64,000 nt of DNA from Bacteroides uniformis (lineage in GTDB: Bacteria > Bacillota > Clostridia > Oscillospirales > Ruminococcaceae): contig CAVEGP010000001.1 in assembly GCA_963615155.1 (NCBI GenBank), positions 17,437 through 81,436 of the forward strand. Reading direction: 5' to 3'. This document shows positions 36,255-45,288 of the stretch, piece after piece; position 1 is the stretch's first letter, and the number at the start of each line of letters is the position of its first letter. The translations under genes and the position numbers were made by a program. The notes beneath the pieces were generated by a model. It did no database searches. It saw only the letters and a list, made by a program, of their open reading frames with translations, and was not told where the DNA came from.

Positions 36255-36836
36255 ATGGGCGACCGTGAAGAGTTTATCCAGATCTTTCAGCAGCACATCA
36301 CCCGCCCGGGCAGTGAAAAGCTTTTGGACTGGATGGATAAAAAGACGGATTTCTTCTCGGCTCCGGCTTCCACCCGTTTCCATGGCGCATGTGAGGGCGG
36401 ACTGTGTATGCACAGCCTGAACGTTTATCACGCACTTCACGACAGCTTCTTCACCGAAGGGGAAAGCGAAGAGAGCTTCGCCATCTGCGCATTGCTGCAC
36501 GATCTGTGCAAAGCCAACTATTACAAGCTTGGTACGCGCAATGTCAAGAACGAAGTTACCGGACAGTGGGAAAAAGTGCCTTCTTACAGTGTTGATGACT
36601 TGTTCCCCTACGGTCACGGCGAAAAAAGTGTTTTCCTTATCGAGCGGTTCATGAAGCTGAAAGTCGAAGAAGCCGTCGCCATCCGCTGGCATATGGGCGG
36701 CTTCGACGATGCCGCCAAGGGCGGCTGTTTCGCCATCTCAGAGGCATACGACAAATACCCTCTGGCGATCAAGCTCCACATCGCCGATCTGGAAGCCACC
36801 TATCTGATGGAGCACCGGACAAGTTCTGTCCGATAA
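36255..36836 (+). CDS. HD-domain phosphohydrolase, YhaM-HD-like
   Basis: 193-aa ORF starting 1 nt after the ydbC stop; FHGACEGGLCMHSL, LLHDLCKA, GHGEKS, IRWHMG = H...HD...H...H HD-superfamily metal ligands, in the order seen in the YhaM C-terminal half. Confidence 0.75.
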   Translation: MGDREEFIQIFQQHITRPGSEKLLDWMDKKTDFFSAPASTRFHGACEGGLCMHSLNVYHALHDSFFTEGESEESFAICALLHDLCKANYYKLGTRNVKNEVTGQWEKVPSYSVDDLFPYGHGEKSVFLIERFMKLKVEEAVAIRWHMGGFDDAAKGGCFAISEAYDKYPLAIKLHIADLEATYLMEHRTSSVR

Positions 36837-36854
36837 AGCATTTCCTGAATACGC

Positions 36855-36891
36855 AAAAAGCTGACGCACAAACCTTATGCGTCAGCTTTTT
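36855..36891. terminator. Bidirectional intrinsic terminator
   Basis: AAAAAGCTGACGCA-loop-TGCGTCAGCTTTTT between convergent genes. Confidence 0.85.
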
Positions 36892-36897
36892 GTTTCG

Positions 36898-37512
36898 TTA
36901 TGTACCCTGGCTCATCATCCGGTCGAACTGGGTCAATAGTTGAACCGTGAGATGCTCCAGCGGTGTTTTCGGCTCTTGAAAAGGCTTCGGGCGGGGCGGA
37001 CGCCCTTCATCAAAGAAGGGGATTGCCTCCACGCTCAACTGCTCTGCCTGTTCTCCGCCATCGGGCGTGAACCGGACGACGAGCAGCCCGGGCTTATCCA
37101 GCACCGACTCCTGCGGCTGTGGCTCTGGCGGAAGCGTTTCTCCCCGCCGAGCCTGCTTACACAGGGCAGTCAGCTCCGCATTTTCCTGCCGAAGCGCATA
37201 AATTGTCCGTTCACAGGCAAAGACCCGCGTCTCATAGCGGCGAAGCTCCCGATTGGCAGCCGCCAGTTTTTGATTCAGCGCATCCAACTGCGCAATGATC
37301 TGTTCTGAAAGCCGATTCGTTTCCGCTTCATCAGATGGAACCCGATCCAGCGGACGGACATCCGCTGCGGTTTCCCGCTTCATCGTTTCCTCTGCCCCTT
37401 TCAGCGCATGCTGAGCCTGACTGCGTTCCATGGCATTTTGGGCGCAAAGACGCTCGATGCAGCGCAAGACGCTGTTTCCCAGACCATTGTCTTTCGCATC
37501 CTGTCGTCCCAT
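36898..37512 (-). CDS. Hypothetical coiled-coil protein encoded immediately downstream of ftsZ
   Basis: 204-aa ORF; strong SD GGGAGGAGG 6 nt before the ATG; central heptad-like region (LSEQIIAQLDALNQKLAAANRELRRYE...LRQENAELTAL), Pro-rich tail; no domain recognised. Confidence 0.6.
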   Translation of the reverse strand: MGRQDAKDNGLGNSVLRCIERLCAQNAMERSQAQHALKGAEETMKRETAADVRPLDRVPSDEAETNRLSEQIIAQLDALNQKLAAANRELRRYETRVFACERTIYALRQENAELTALCKQARRGETLPPEPQPQESVLDKPGLLVVRFTPDGGEQAEQLSVEAIPFFDEGRPPRPKPFQEPKTPLEHLTVQLLTQFDRMMSQGT

Positions 37513-37557
37513 GGTCTGCCTCCTCCCAGAGACATGCCCCTCTCGGGCGTTTGCTTT

Positions 37558-38727
37558 TTACTTACGCTTGTTCAGAATTGCCAGCAGCTCGTCATAGTAA
37601 CGGTTATCGCTGCTCTCTTCTTCCACAGGCTTCGCCGCTGCCGGAGCTGCGGTCGCTGCCTTTGCGGCGGCTGCCGTTGCTGCAACATCTGCGCTGAATA
37701 CAGCCGACGGAGTGGACGAAACACTACCTGTTGCATTATTCAGGCTGCTGCGCAAACCTTCGGCAGTCTTGTTATCAAAACCGGTCGCAACAACGGTGAC
37801 ACGCATCTCATCCGACAGATTCTCATCGAACGCAGTACCCCAGATGATGTTCGCATCCGGATGCGCACTCTGGGTGATCAGTCCGGCTGCCGTCTCGACA
37901 TCCTCCAGACCGATATCAGGGCTGGATGTGATGTTGATGATAACGCCGTGCGCGCCCGCAATGCTGGTCTCGAGCAGCGGAGAGGAAATTGCCGCCTTGG
38001 CCGCATTTTCCGCTTTGCCCGCACCCTTTGCGCTGCCGACACCCATATGTGCATAGCCCGCATCCTTCATGATGGAACGGACGTCCGCGAAGTCAAGGTT
38101 GATGAATGCGGGAACATTGATCAGCGCGGAGATCGACTCAACGCCCTGACGCAGAACATTATCTGCCGCCTGGAAGGCGTTCATCAGGGTAATTTTTTCC
38201 TGACTGATCATCTTCAGACGCTCGTTGGGAATGACGATCAGGCTGTCAACGTGCATCAGCAGGTTTGCGATACCCTGCTCTGCCAGACCCATCTTGCGCT
38301 TGCCCTCAAAGGAGAAGGGCTTGGTGACGATGCCGACGGTCAGGATGCCAAGGTCATGCGCGACCTCCGCAACCACCGGAGCGGCTCCCGTACCAGTGCC
38401 GCCGCCCATACCAGCGGTGATAAAGACCATCTGAGAGCCCTTGAGCGCGTTTGCGATCTCGTCCTTGCTCTCCTCCGCAGCGCGCTGACCGATCTCGGGG
38501 TCTGCGCCTGCGCCGCGTCCCTTTGTCAGCTTTGAACCAAGCTGAACCTTGGTAGCCGCATGGTTCTTTGCCAAAGCCTGCTGGTCGGTGTTCATTGCAA
38601 TGAACTCCACGCCCTGCAAGCCGTCACTCACCATTCGGTTGACAGCGTTTCCGCCGCCGCCGCCCACGCCGATCACCTTGATCGTCGTAACGTTTTCGTC
38701 CATTTCTTCGTCGAGCATCAATGCCAT
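37558..38727 (-). CDS. ftsZ: Cell division protein FtsZ
   Basis: Preferred ATG 38727 (GGAGGA 7 nt upstream; ORF track start 38811); IKVIGVGGGGGNAVNRM, GGGTGTGAAPV tubulin signature. Confidence 0.95.
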   Translation of the reverse strand: MALMLDEEMDENVTTIKVIGVGGGGGNAVNRMVSDGLQGVEFIAMNTDQQALAKNHAATKVQLGSKLTKGRGAGADPEIGQRAAEESKDEIANALKGSQMVFITAGMGGGTGTGAAPVVAEVAHDLGILTVGIVTKPFSFEGKRKMGLAEQGIANLLMHVDSLIVIPNERLKMISQEKITLMNAFQAADNVLRQGVESISALINVPAFINLDFADVRSIMKDAGYAHMGVGSAKGAGKAENAAKAAISSPLLETSIAGAHGVIINITSSPDIGLEDVETAAGLITQSAHPDANIIWGTAFDENLSDEMRVTVVATGFDNKTAEGLRSSLNNATGSVSSTPSAVFSADVAATAAAAKAATAAPAAAKPVEEESSDNRYYDELLAILNKRK

Positions 38728-38859
38728 AATTTTTTCCTCCATCGGATGATATGGTGAACCTGCGCCTTTACGGTTTTCAGCACAGAGGATTGTCATAGTA
38801 CAAATATACAACTATATCGTATCATCTTTTGGCTTGGATTGCAAGACAATTTTGCTATT

Positions 38860-40173
38860 TTAAACGTGTTTTTTCTCATGCGGAACTTTCAGGCGGGTTT
38901 CTTTGCAAATTCGTGCCCCAAGACCCGCTAAAATCTCTGTAAAATCCGCATAGCCCCTGTCGATGTACTCTGTCTGCCCAATCTCGCTCTCGCCCTGTGC
39001 CGCAAGAGCCGCAAGCACCAGTGCCGCCCCGCCCCGCAGATCGGGTGCGTCCAGACGCGCGCCGTGAAGCCGCCCCCTGCCCTGAGCCGGCGGGCGGACG
39101 ATGAGTGTCCTTCCCTCCACTTTGACATTTCCGTCCATTCGTAAAAAACCGTCGGCACAGCCGAATCGACGCTCGAAGATGATGTCCTCGATGCTGCTTT
39201 CTCCCTCTGCGCAGAGCATCGCCGCCGCCAGCAGCGGGGCGGCGTCCGTTGCCAGCCCCGGATACACCCCCGTGAAGACCCGCCCCACCCCATGCAGACG
39301 ACCAAAGCAGGCGATCTGAACCGCTTCTGAGGCGTTTTCGACCCTGCATCCCATTTGTCCCAGAATTTCCAGCACAGGAGCATAGAGAGAGGGGCTGCAT
39401 CCGGTCAACTCCACCCGTCCTCCGGCGGCAGCGGCAGCACAAGCCAGCGTCGAGGCGAAAATGCGATCCGGAAGCGGTGAAAAGACACAGCCCGACAGTC
39501 CTCGTTTACCCTCGATCCGGATGATCGGGCTTCCCGCACCCTTCACCTGCCCGCCACACTGATTGAGAAATTCCGCAAGATCAACGATCTCCGGCTCACG
39601 TGCCGCGCCGCGCAGGATCGTCGTACCTCGGGCACAGACTGCGGCCAGCAGAATCGTTTCGGTCGCGCCGACGCTCGGAAATCGCAGTGTGATTTCTGCC
39701 CCGTGCAGTCCGAACGGCGCAGTCAGCACCAGCTTATCCGCTCCGGCATCCAACTCCCGAACACCCATTTTCGCCAGACCCGAGAGATGAAGGTCAATGG
39801 GTCTTGCACCAATTCTGCATCCGCCGGGCAGAACCGTCTCTGCCCGTCCCAGCCGTGCCAGAAGCGGTGCGCAGAACAGAATGGATGCCCGCATTTGTGC
39901 CGCTGTTTGGGCTGGAAGCGTACTGTTTTTCGGGGTTCCCGTCACCAGTACGTCGCTGTTCTGCCAGCGGGGAGTCATCCCAACACCCCGCAGAAGGGAC
40001 AGACAGCATTCCACATCCGATAAGTGTGGTATCGCCCGCAGGCAGACGGAAGTCCGGCAGAGCATCGACGATGCAAAAATCGGAAGTACGCTGTTTTTTG
40101 CCGATGGGATCCGAACCGTCCCATTCAGTGGGCTTCCTCCTGTCACTCGGATCACACTCGTGTTTTCTGCCAT
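38860..40173 (-). CDS. murA: UDP-N-acetylglucosamine 1-carboxyvinyltransferase
   Basis: 437-aa ORF; V.G...L.G.V.I..AKNS.LP, GGCRIGARPIDLH (active-site Cys loop). Confidence 0.88.
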   Translation of the reverse strand: MAENTSVIRVTGGSPLNGTVRIPSAKNSVLPIFASSMLCRTSVCLRAIPHLSDVECCLSLLRGVGMTPRWQNSDVLVTGTPKNSTLPAQTAAQMRASILFCAPLLARLGRAETVLPGGCRIGARPIDLHLSGLAKMGVRELDAGADKLVLTAPFGLHGAEITLRFPSVGATETILLAAVCARGTTILRGAAREPEIVDLAEFLNQCGGQVKGAGSPIIRIEGKRGLSGCVFSPLPDRIFASTLACAAAAAGGRVELTGCSPSLYAPVLEILGQMGCRVENASEAVQIACFGRLHGVGRVFTGVYPGLATDAAPLLAAAMLCAEGESSIEDIIFERRFGCADGFLRMDGNVKVEGRTLIVRPPAQGRGRLHGARLDAPDLRGGAALVLAALAAQGESEIGQTEYIDRGYADFTEILAGLGARICKETRLKVPHEKKHV

Positions 40174-40271
40174 ATCCGCCGCCCCCGTTTCGCAAAAGAT
40201 ACCTCAACCTATGCAAAGCCGGTGCGAAATGTCCCTCTGGACAAGCAAAACTGAATTAGTCCGTTTATTTC

Positions 40272-41420
40272 TCAGCTCTCCTTGCGTGAAATCGCCAGCA
40301 CGACCCCCATTTCCCCCAGCAGCATCATAAGACTCGTGCCGCCCGAGGAGAAAAACGGCAGGCTGATCCCAGTGTTCGGGATGGTATTGGTAACGACGGC
40401 GACGTTCAGGACCGCCTGCAACGCCACCTGTACCGTGAACCCCACCACCAGCAGCGCACCGAAGCGGTCCGGTGCTTGCGCCGCCAGAGTGATCCCACGC
40501 CAGAGCAGCAGGACAAACAGCAGGACGACCGTACACGCCCCCACAAAGCCCAGCTCTTCGCAGACAATCGAGAAAATGAAGTCGTTCTGCGGCTCAGGCA
40601 CAAACAAATGCTTCTGGCGGCTGTTGCCAAGCCCCAACCCGGTCGCGCCGCCCGAACCGATGGCATACAGGCTCTGGATGGTCTGATGTCCGTCGCCCAG
40701 TGGGTCGGCAAATGGGTCGATCCACGAATTCAGACGATCGGCAGCGTAAGGCACAAGGTCAGGCATGATGACGACAGCCGCGCCGATCGCCGTAATGCCG
40801 CCAACACCCGCCAGCACGAACCAGCGCAAACCCGTTCCTCCCACGAACATCAGCACCGCGCCGATCCCCAGGATCAGAAGTGTGCCGGACAGATGCGGCT
40901 CGAGCAGCATCAGGGATGCCACGATCCCCAGAACCAGCGCGAATGGCAGCACGCCTACCGCAAATCCGCCCATCTGATCATGATTCAGGGAGATGATATG
41001 CGAAAACACCAGCACGACCGCAAATTTTGCGATCTCGCTGGGCTGGAGCGTCCCCAGCCCGGGCAGGACGAGCCAGCGTTTGCAGCCGTTGTACTCGGGC
41101 ATAAAGAGCACCGCTGTCAGCAGGATCAGCGAAAGTGCCAGCAGCGGCCATGCCAGTTTGTGGAAGATATGATAATCGATCCGGCTCGCCAGCCACATTC
41201 CGGTCAGCCCCAGTGCAGCATAGAGAAGCTGCGGTCGGAGATAGGCGAAGGCGTCTCCCCGTCGGTACAGAGCCGCCGCATTGGACGCACTGTACAGCAT
41301 CACCAGCCCGAAGCCGACGAGAGTCAGCACCAACACCAGAAACGGCAGATCCATCGCAGGCAGGCGACGGACAAGTGGACGGCGTTTCGTATACCGTTCC
41401 CGAAGAATCGCATGTTCCAT
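40272..41420 (-). CDS. ftsW: FtsW/RodA/SpoVE family peptidoglycan glycosyltransferase
   Basis: 382-aa polytopic membrane ORF; SHAPE-family motifs (LQPSEIAK, TDFIFS-like NDFIFSIVCEELG, PFFSSGGTS). Confidence 0.88.
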   Translation of the reverse strand: MEHAILRERYTKRRPLVRRLPAMDLPFLVLVLTLVGFGLVMLYSASNAAALYRRGDAFAYLRPQLLYAALGLTGMWLASRIDYHIFHKLAWPLLALSLILLTAVLFMPEYNGCKRWLVLPGLGTLQPSEIAKFAVVLVFSHIISLNHDQMGGFAVGVLPFALVLGIVASLMLLEPHLSGTLLILGIGAVLMFVGGTGLRWFVLAGVGGITAIGAAVVIMPDLVPYAADRLNSWIDPFADPLGDGHQTIQSLYAIGSGGATGLGLGNSRQKHLFVPEPQNDFIFSIVCEELGFVGACTVVLLFVLLLWRGITLAAQAPDRFGALLVVGFTVQVALQAVLNVAVVTNTIPNTGISLPFFSSGGTSLMMLLGEMGVVLAISRKES

Positions 41421-41515
41421 GGCTATTCCTCCCGCTCCTTATTGTACGCCGCCGGACATTCTTCTAGTCATTTTTGCATCCCGCCGCACATAAAAATGTT
41501 CGGGGAGGTGGTATC

Positions 41516-43381
41516 ATGTCAGAGCCTCGCACGCTGCCGGAGCAGGGCTTTCGCCGTCGGGCGCGAATCATTGCCGCAGTGTTCTGCGTGATCGCCTTCG
41601 GGTTGGCGGTAAGGCTTTTCTTCCTGCAATTGCGCAGTGAGGGCTGGTACACCGACCGCGCCCTTGGTCAGCAGCTTCGTGATACGGTCGTTCCTGCCGA
41701 CCGAGGTAAAATTTACAGTGCGGATGGGGTTCTTCTTGCCGCAAACAGCAGTTGTTGGACGATTCGTGCCTCTCCGCGCGAGATGCTCGAGGAGAAGCTT
41801 GCCCTCGCCGCCCATGGACTTGCTGAGATTTTAGAACTGGACGAGGATTCCATTTTCAAAAAATTCAGCGACCGCCGTTCCAACGACTGCCTTCTCCGCT
41901 ACCGGGTCGAGCGAGAGATGGCTGACCGGGTGCGGGACTTCTGCGAGGAAAATGGCATCACGGGCATCCGCATCAATCAGGATTCCAAACGCTGGTATCC
42001 TCAAGGGGAATTTCTTGCGTCCGTCCTCGGGTTCACCAATGTGGACAACGTAGGCGTATCCGGATTAGAGCTGCGCTATGACGACCTTCTGACCGGAGAA
42101 AACGGAATCGTCCTGACTGCGGTGAACGCATGGGGCTATACGCTTGATCAAAGCTATGAGACCGAACGCTTTCCCACCGAGGGGGACGGTCTCCGGCTGA
42201 CGATCGACGCAAACATTCAACATTATCTGGAAAATGCGTTGAATTACGCCGTCAAAGAGCATCATGTCGCAGCGCGGGCGGTCGGCATCGTGATGGATGT
42301 CAATACCGGCGCAGTTCTGGCGATGTCCACCACCCCCGCCTATGACCCCAACCAATCCCGTGTGATCTACGATAAAACCACTCGGGAACAGGTTGATGCG
42401 CTTTCCGGAGAAGAGCGAACCGCCGCACTGCAGCTTGCTCAGCAGACCCAGTGGCGGAACAAAGCCGTCAGTGACCTGTACGAGCCGGGCAGCGTGTTTA
42501 AACTCATCACCTGCGCCGCCGCGCTGGATGCCGGAGTGATCCGGAAAAGCTCCGGCTTCTACTGCGGCGAATCCCTTTCGGTGGCGGGCACACGCTTTCA
42601 CTGCGCCAACCACAAGAAGCACGGGGCGCAGACGCTCACACAGGCTCTCGAAAATTCCTGCAACCAGAGCTTTATCCAAATCGGCGCGCGTCTCGGGAAG
42701 GAAGTCTTCTGCGACTATTTCGCCGCATTTGGTCTGTGCGAGCCTACGGGAATTGATCTGCCCGCCGAACCGAAAAAGAGCCTTTATTACACCGCCGACC
42801 GGATGGGTCCGGTGGAACTGGCCTCCTGCGCATTCGGGCAGAGCAGCAAAATTTCTTACCTCGAGATGGCTGCGGCAGTCTGTGCGGTCGTCAACGGCGG
42901 AAACCTCATGAAGCCCTATGTCGTGTCGGACATCCTCGCGCCGGACGGTGAGGTCATTGATCACATCGAGCCGACCTGCACCCGACGGGTGTTGAATGAG
43001 GAAACGAGCCGGACCATGTTGGAAATGATGGAGTCCGTTGTCCTGAACGGTGGCGGTCGGAACGCTCAAATCGCAGGCTATCGGGTGGGCGGCAAGAGCG
43101 GAACGAGCCAGAAGCTGGACAGCGAGGATGAAAAAGCCCGCATCGCCAGTTTTGTAGCGGTCGCACCCATCGACGACCCGCAATTTCTTTGTCTCGTCTG
43201 TCTCGATGAGCCGCATAGCTGGACGACCGCAGGCGGCAGTCTGTCTGCTCCGGTCTGTGCCGAAGTCCTCGAACAAACCCTTGTTTACCGCGGCGTTCCC
43301 CGCACCGCCGCCGAACAGTCCGCTTCTTCCGAGATTTCCGCCGATCTCCCTGAGGATGGCGACAGCTTTGACGGGGCATAG
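41516..43381 (+). CDS. Class B penicillin-binding protein (FtsI/SpoVD-type transpeptidase)
   Basis: ATG 41516 after GGGGAGGTGG (ORF track TTG 41474); PBP dimer domain then SVFK (SxxK), SCN (SxN), KSGT (KTG-like) motifs; divergent from ftsW. Confidence 0.9.
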   Translation: MSEPRTLPEQGFRRRARIIAAVFCVIAFGLAVRLFFLQLRSEGWYTDRALGQQLRDTVVPADRGKIYSADGVLLAANSSCWTIRASPREMLEEKLALAAHGLAEILELDEDSIFKKFSDRRSNDCLLRYRVEREMADRVRDFCEENGITGIRINQDSKRWYPQGEFLASVLGFTNVDNVGVSGLELRYDDLLTGENGIVLTAVNAWGYTLDQSYETERFPTEGDGLRLTIDANIQHYLENALNYAVKEHHVAARAVGIVMDVNTGAVLAMSTTPAYDPNQSRVIYDKTTREQVDALSGEERTAALQLAQQTQWRNKAVSDLYEPGSVFKLITCAAALDAGVIRKSSGFYCGESLSVAGTRFHCANHKKHGAQTLTQALENSCNQSFIQIGARLGKEVFCDYFAAFGLCEPTGIDLPAEPKKSLYYTADRMGPVELASCAFGQSSKISYLEMAAAVCAVVNGGNLMKPYVVSDILAPDGEVIDHIEPTCTRRVLNEETSRTMLEMMESVVLNGGGRNAQIAGYRVGGKSGTSQKLDSEDEKARIASFVAVAPIDDPQFLCLVCLDEPHSWTTAGGSLSAPVCAEVLEQTLVYRGVPRTAAEQSASSEISADLPEDGDSFDGA

Positions 43382-43417
43382 AAAAAAGAGCAAAACCCAA
43401 CGGTCTTGCTCCTTTTA
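43382..43417. terminator. Weak hairpin between convergent PBP and xpt genes
   Basis: GAGCAA-12 nt-TTGCTC flanked by A- and T-runs. Confidence 0.35.
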
Positions 43418-43425
43418 AAGAATCT

Positions 43426-44019
43426 TTAGTTCTGCTGCGGCTGCTCACGGAATTTGATCTCGCCGGTGGTGCTGTCCATCGACTCGACGATGGCGAGACT
43501 TTCCAACTGATAGCCCTTGCTGCGGATCAGCTCGCCGCCCTGCTGGAAGCCTTTTTCGACGGCGATGCCGATGCCCTCGACCGTTGCGCCGGCTTCATCC
43601 GCCAATTCCAGCAGACCCATCAGGGCACAGCCGTTGGCAAGGAAATCGTCGATGATGAGGACGTGATCCTCTGGGGTCAGGAATTTTTTGGAAACAATGA
43701 CATTATAGATCTTCTTGTGGGTGAAGGACTCGATCTTCGTCTCGTAATTATTGTAGTCGAGGTTGATGCTCATGGACTTTTTTGCGAAAACCACCGGAAC
43801 ATTGAACTCGCTGGCTACCACCGCGGCAATGCCGATGCCGCTGGCTTCGATGGTCAGCACCTTGTTGATGGGCTTGCCCGCAAACAGGCGTTTCCACTCC
43901 TTTGCCATCTCACGGAACAGGGCGATGTCCATCTGGTGATTGATGAAGCTGTCCACCTTCAACACATTGCCCTCGCGGACGATACCATCTTTTCGGATCC
44001 GTTCTTCCAGCAGTTTCAT
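43426..44019 (-). CDS. xpt: Xanthine phosphoribosyltransferase
   Basis: 197-aa ORF; [10 protein letters not shown]......[25 protein letters not shown]-binding motif. Confidence 0.92.
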   Translation of the reverse strand: MKLLEERIRKDGIVREGNVLKVDSFINHQMDIALFREMAKEWKRLFAGKPINKVLTIEASGIGIAAVVASEFNVPVVFAKKSMSINLDYNNYETKIESFTHKKIYNVIVSKKFLTPEDHVLIIDDFLANGCALMGLLELADEAGATVEGIGIAVEKGFQQGGELIRSKGYQLESLAIVESMDSTTGEIKFREQPQQN

Positions 44020-44064
44020 AATGTTATGTCTCCTCCCAGTCTCATTTCCTCTTTTGTTTCAATT

Positions 44065-44093
44065 AGTATACCGAATCCCGCCTGCTTTGGCAA
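44065..44093 (-). promoter_or_regulatory. Candidate xpt promoter
   Basis: TTGCCA (44093-44088) - 17 nt - TATACT (44070-44065); leaves only about a 45-nt 5' UTR. Confidence 0.45.
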
Positions 44094-44333
44094 GGTTTTT
44101 GCCGCCGAAATCCGACAAAAAATTCTCCACGATTTTACGCATTTCTTTTAAAAGTCCGACTCTTGCGGTAATTTCAAAAAGTCCCTTGTCCGGACGAAAA
44201 TGATTTGGCTGTTTCTCTCTTGTTTTCTAAAAAAATTCGAGTATACTGTAAGAAAGCGGGGCGGAACGCTCTGTAAGGGTAATGCGCAGCCACTGCTGTG
44301 GGCGGCTGTGCGTCAGAAGAAGGAGTTACCATT

Positions 44334-45203
44334 ATGAAGACCGGATTGATCCTGGAAGGCGGCGCAATGCGAGGGATGTTCACCGCCGGTGTTCTGGATG
44401 TATTGATGGAGCACGGCATCGTGGTTGACGGCGCGATCGGCGTTTCGGCAGGTGCGGTGTTCGGCTGCAACTACAAATCCCATCAGATCGGACGCACCAT
44501 CCGTTATAACACGGAATACTGCAAAGACAAGCGGTATGCCAGCTTCAAAAATCTGGTGCGCACCGGAAACCTGTACAGTGAGCAGTTCTGTTATCACGAT
44601 GTGCCGGAAAAACTCGATCCGTTCGACACCGAGACGTTCCGGAACTCGCCGATGGACTTTTTTGTCGTCTGCACCGACGTCAAAACAGGCGACCCTGTCT
44701 ATCACAAGTGCCGCACCGGTGACGCTGAGGACATCCAATGGATGGAAGCCTCTGCTTCCATGCCGCTGGCAGCAAAGATCGTCAGGATCGGTCACTATTC
44801 CCTGCTGGACGGAGGCGTTGCCGACTCCATCCCTATCCGTTTCTTCGAGTCCATCGGCTACAAGCGAAACCTCATCGTCCTGACACAGCCCAAGGGATTC
44901 GTCAAGAAAAAGAATTCCATGCTGCCCGCCATCCGTGCCCGCTATCTGCGGTATCCGGCTTTTGTGGAAGCGGTCGCCGACCGTCACGAGCGGTACAACG
45001 AGACGCTTTCCTATGTTTCAATGCTAGAGCAATCCGGTAAGGATTACGTCATCCGCCCACCTATCCCGCTGGAGATTGGCGCAATGGAGCGTGACCCCGC
45101 CCAGCTTCGCCGTGTCTACGACACCGGACGTGCCGTGGCAGAGATCCAGATCGACAAGATCAAGGCGTTCCTTGAGCAGGTCAAAGCCGCGCCGGAAGCC
45201 TGA
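44334..45203 (+). CDS. Patatin-like phospholipase
   Basis: ATG 44334 after AAGGAG; LEGGAMRG oxyanion motif, GVSAG nucleophile elbow, D-G-G catalytic Asp (LLDGGVAD). Confidence 0.88.
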   Translation: MKTGLILEGGAMRGMFTAGVLDVLMEHGIVVDGAIGVSAGAVFGCNYKSHQIGRTIRYNTEYCKDKRYASFKNLVRTGNLYSEQFCYHDVPEKLDPFDTETFRNSPMDFFVVCTDVKTGDPVYHKCRTGDAEDIQWMEASASMPLAAKIVRIGHYSLLDGGVADSIPIRFFESIGYKRNLIVLTQPKGFVKKKNSMLPAIRARYLRYPAFVEAVADRHERYNETLSYVSMLEQSGKDYVIRPPIPLEIGAMERDPAQLRRVYDTGRAVAEIQIDKIKAFLEQVKAAPEA

Positions 45204-45222
45204 TCTTCTGCTCCCAAACATC

Positions 45223-45288
45223 AAAAAAGCTGCTGCAAAACCTTTTCTGTCATCTCTCAATGGCAGTGTGTTTTGCAGCAGCTTTTTT
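45223..45288. terminator. Long bidirectional terminator hairpin
   Basis: AAAAAAGCTGCTGCAAAAC (45223-45241) pairs with GTTTTGCAGCAGCTTTTTT (45270-45288); an inner 6-bp stem lies in the loop. Confidence 0.85.
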
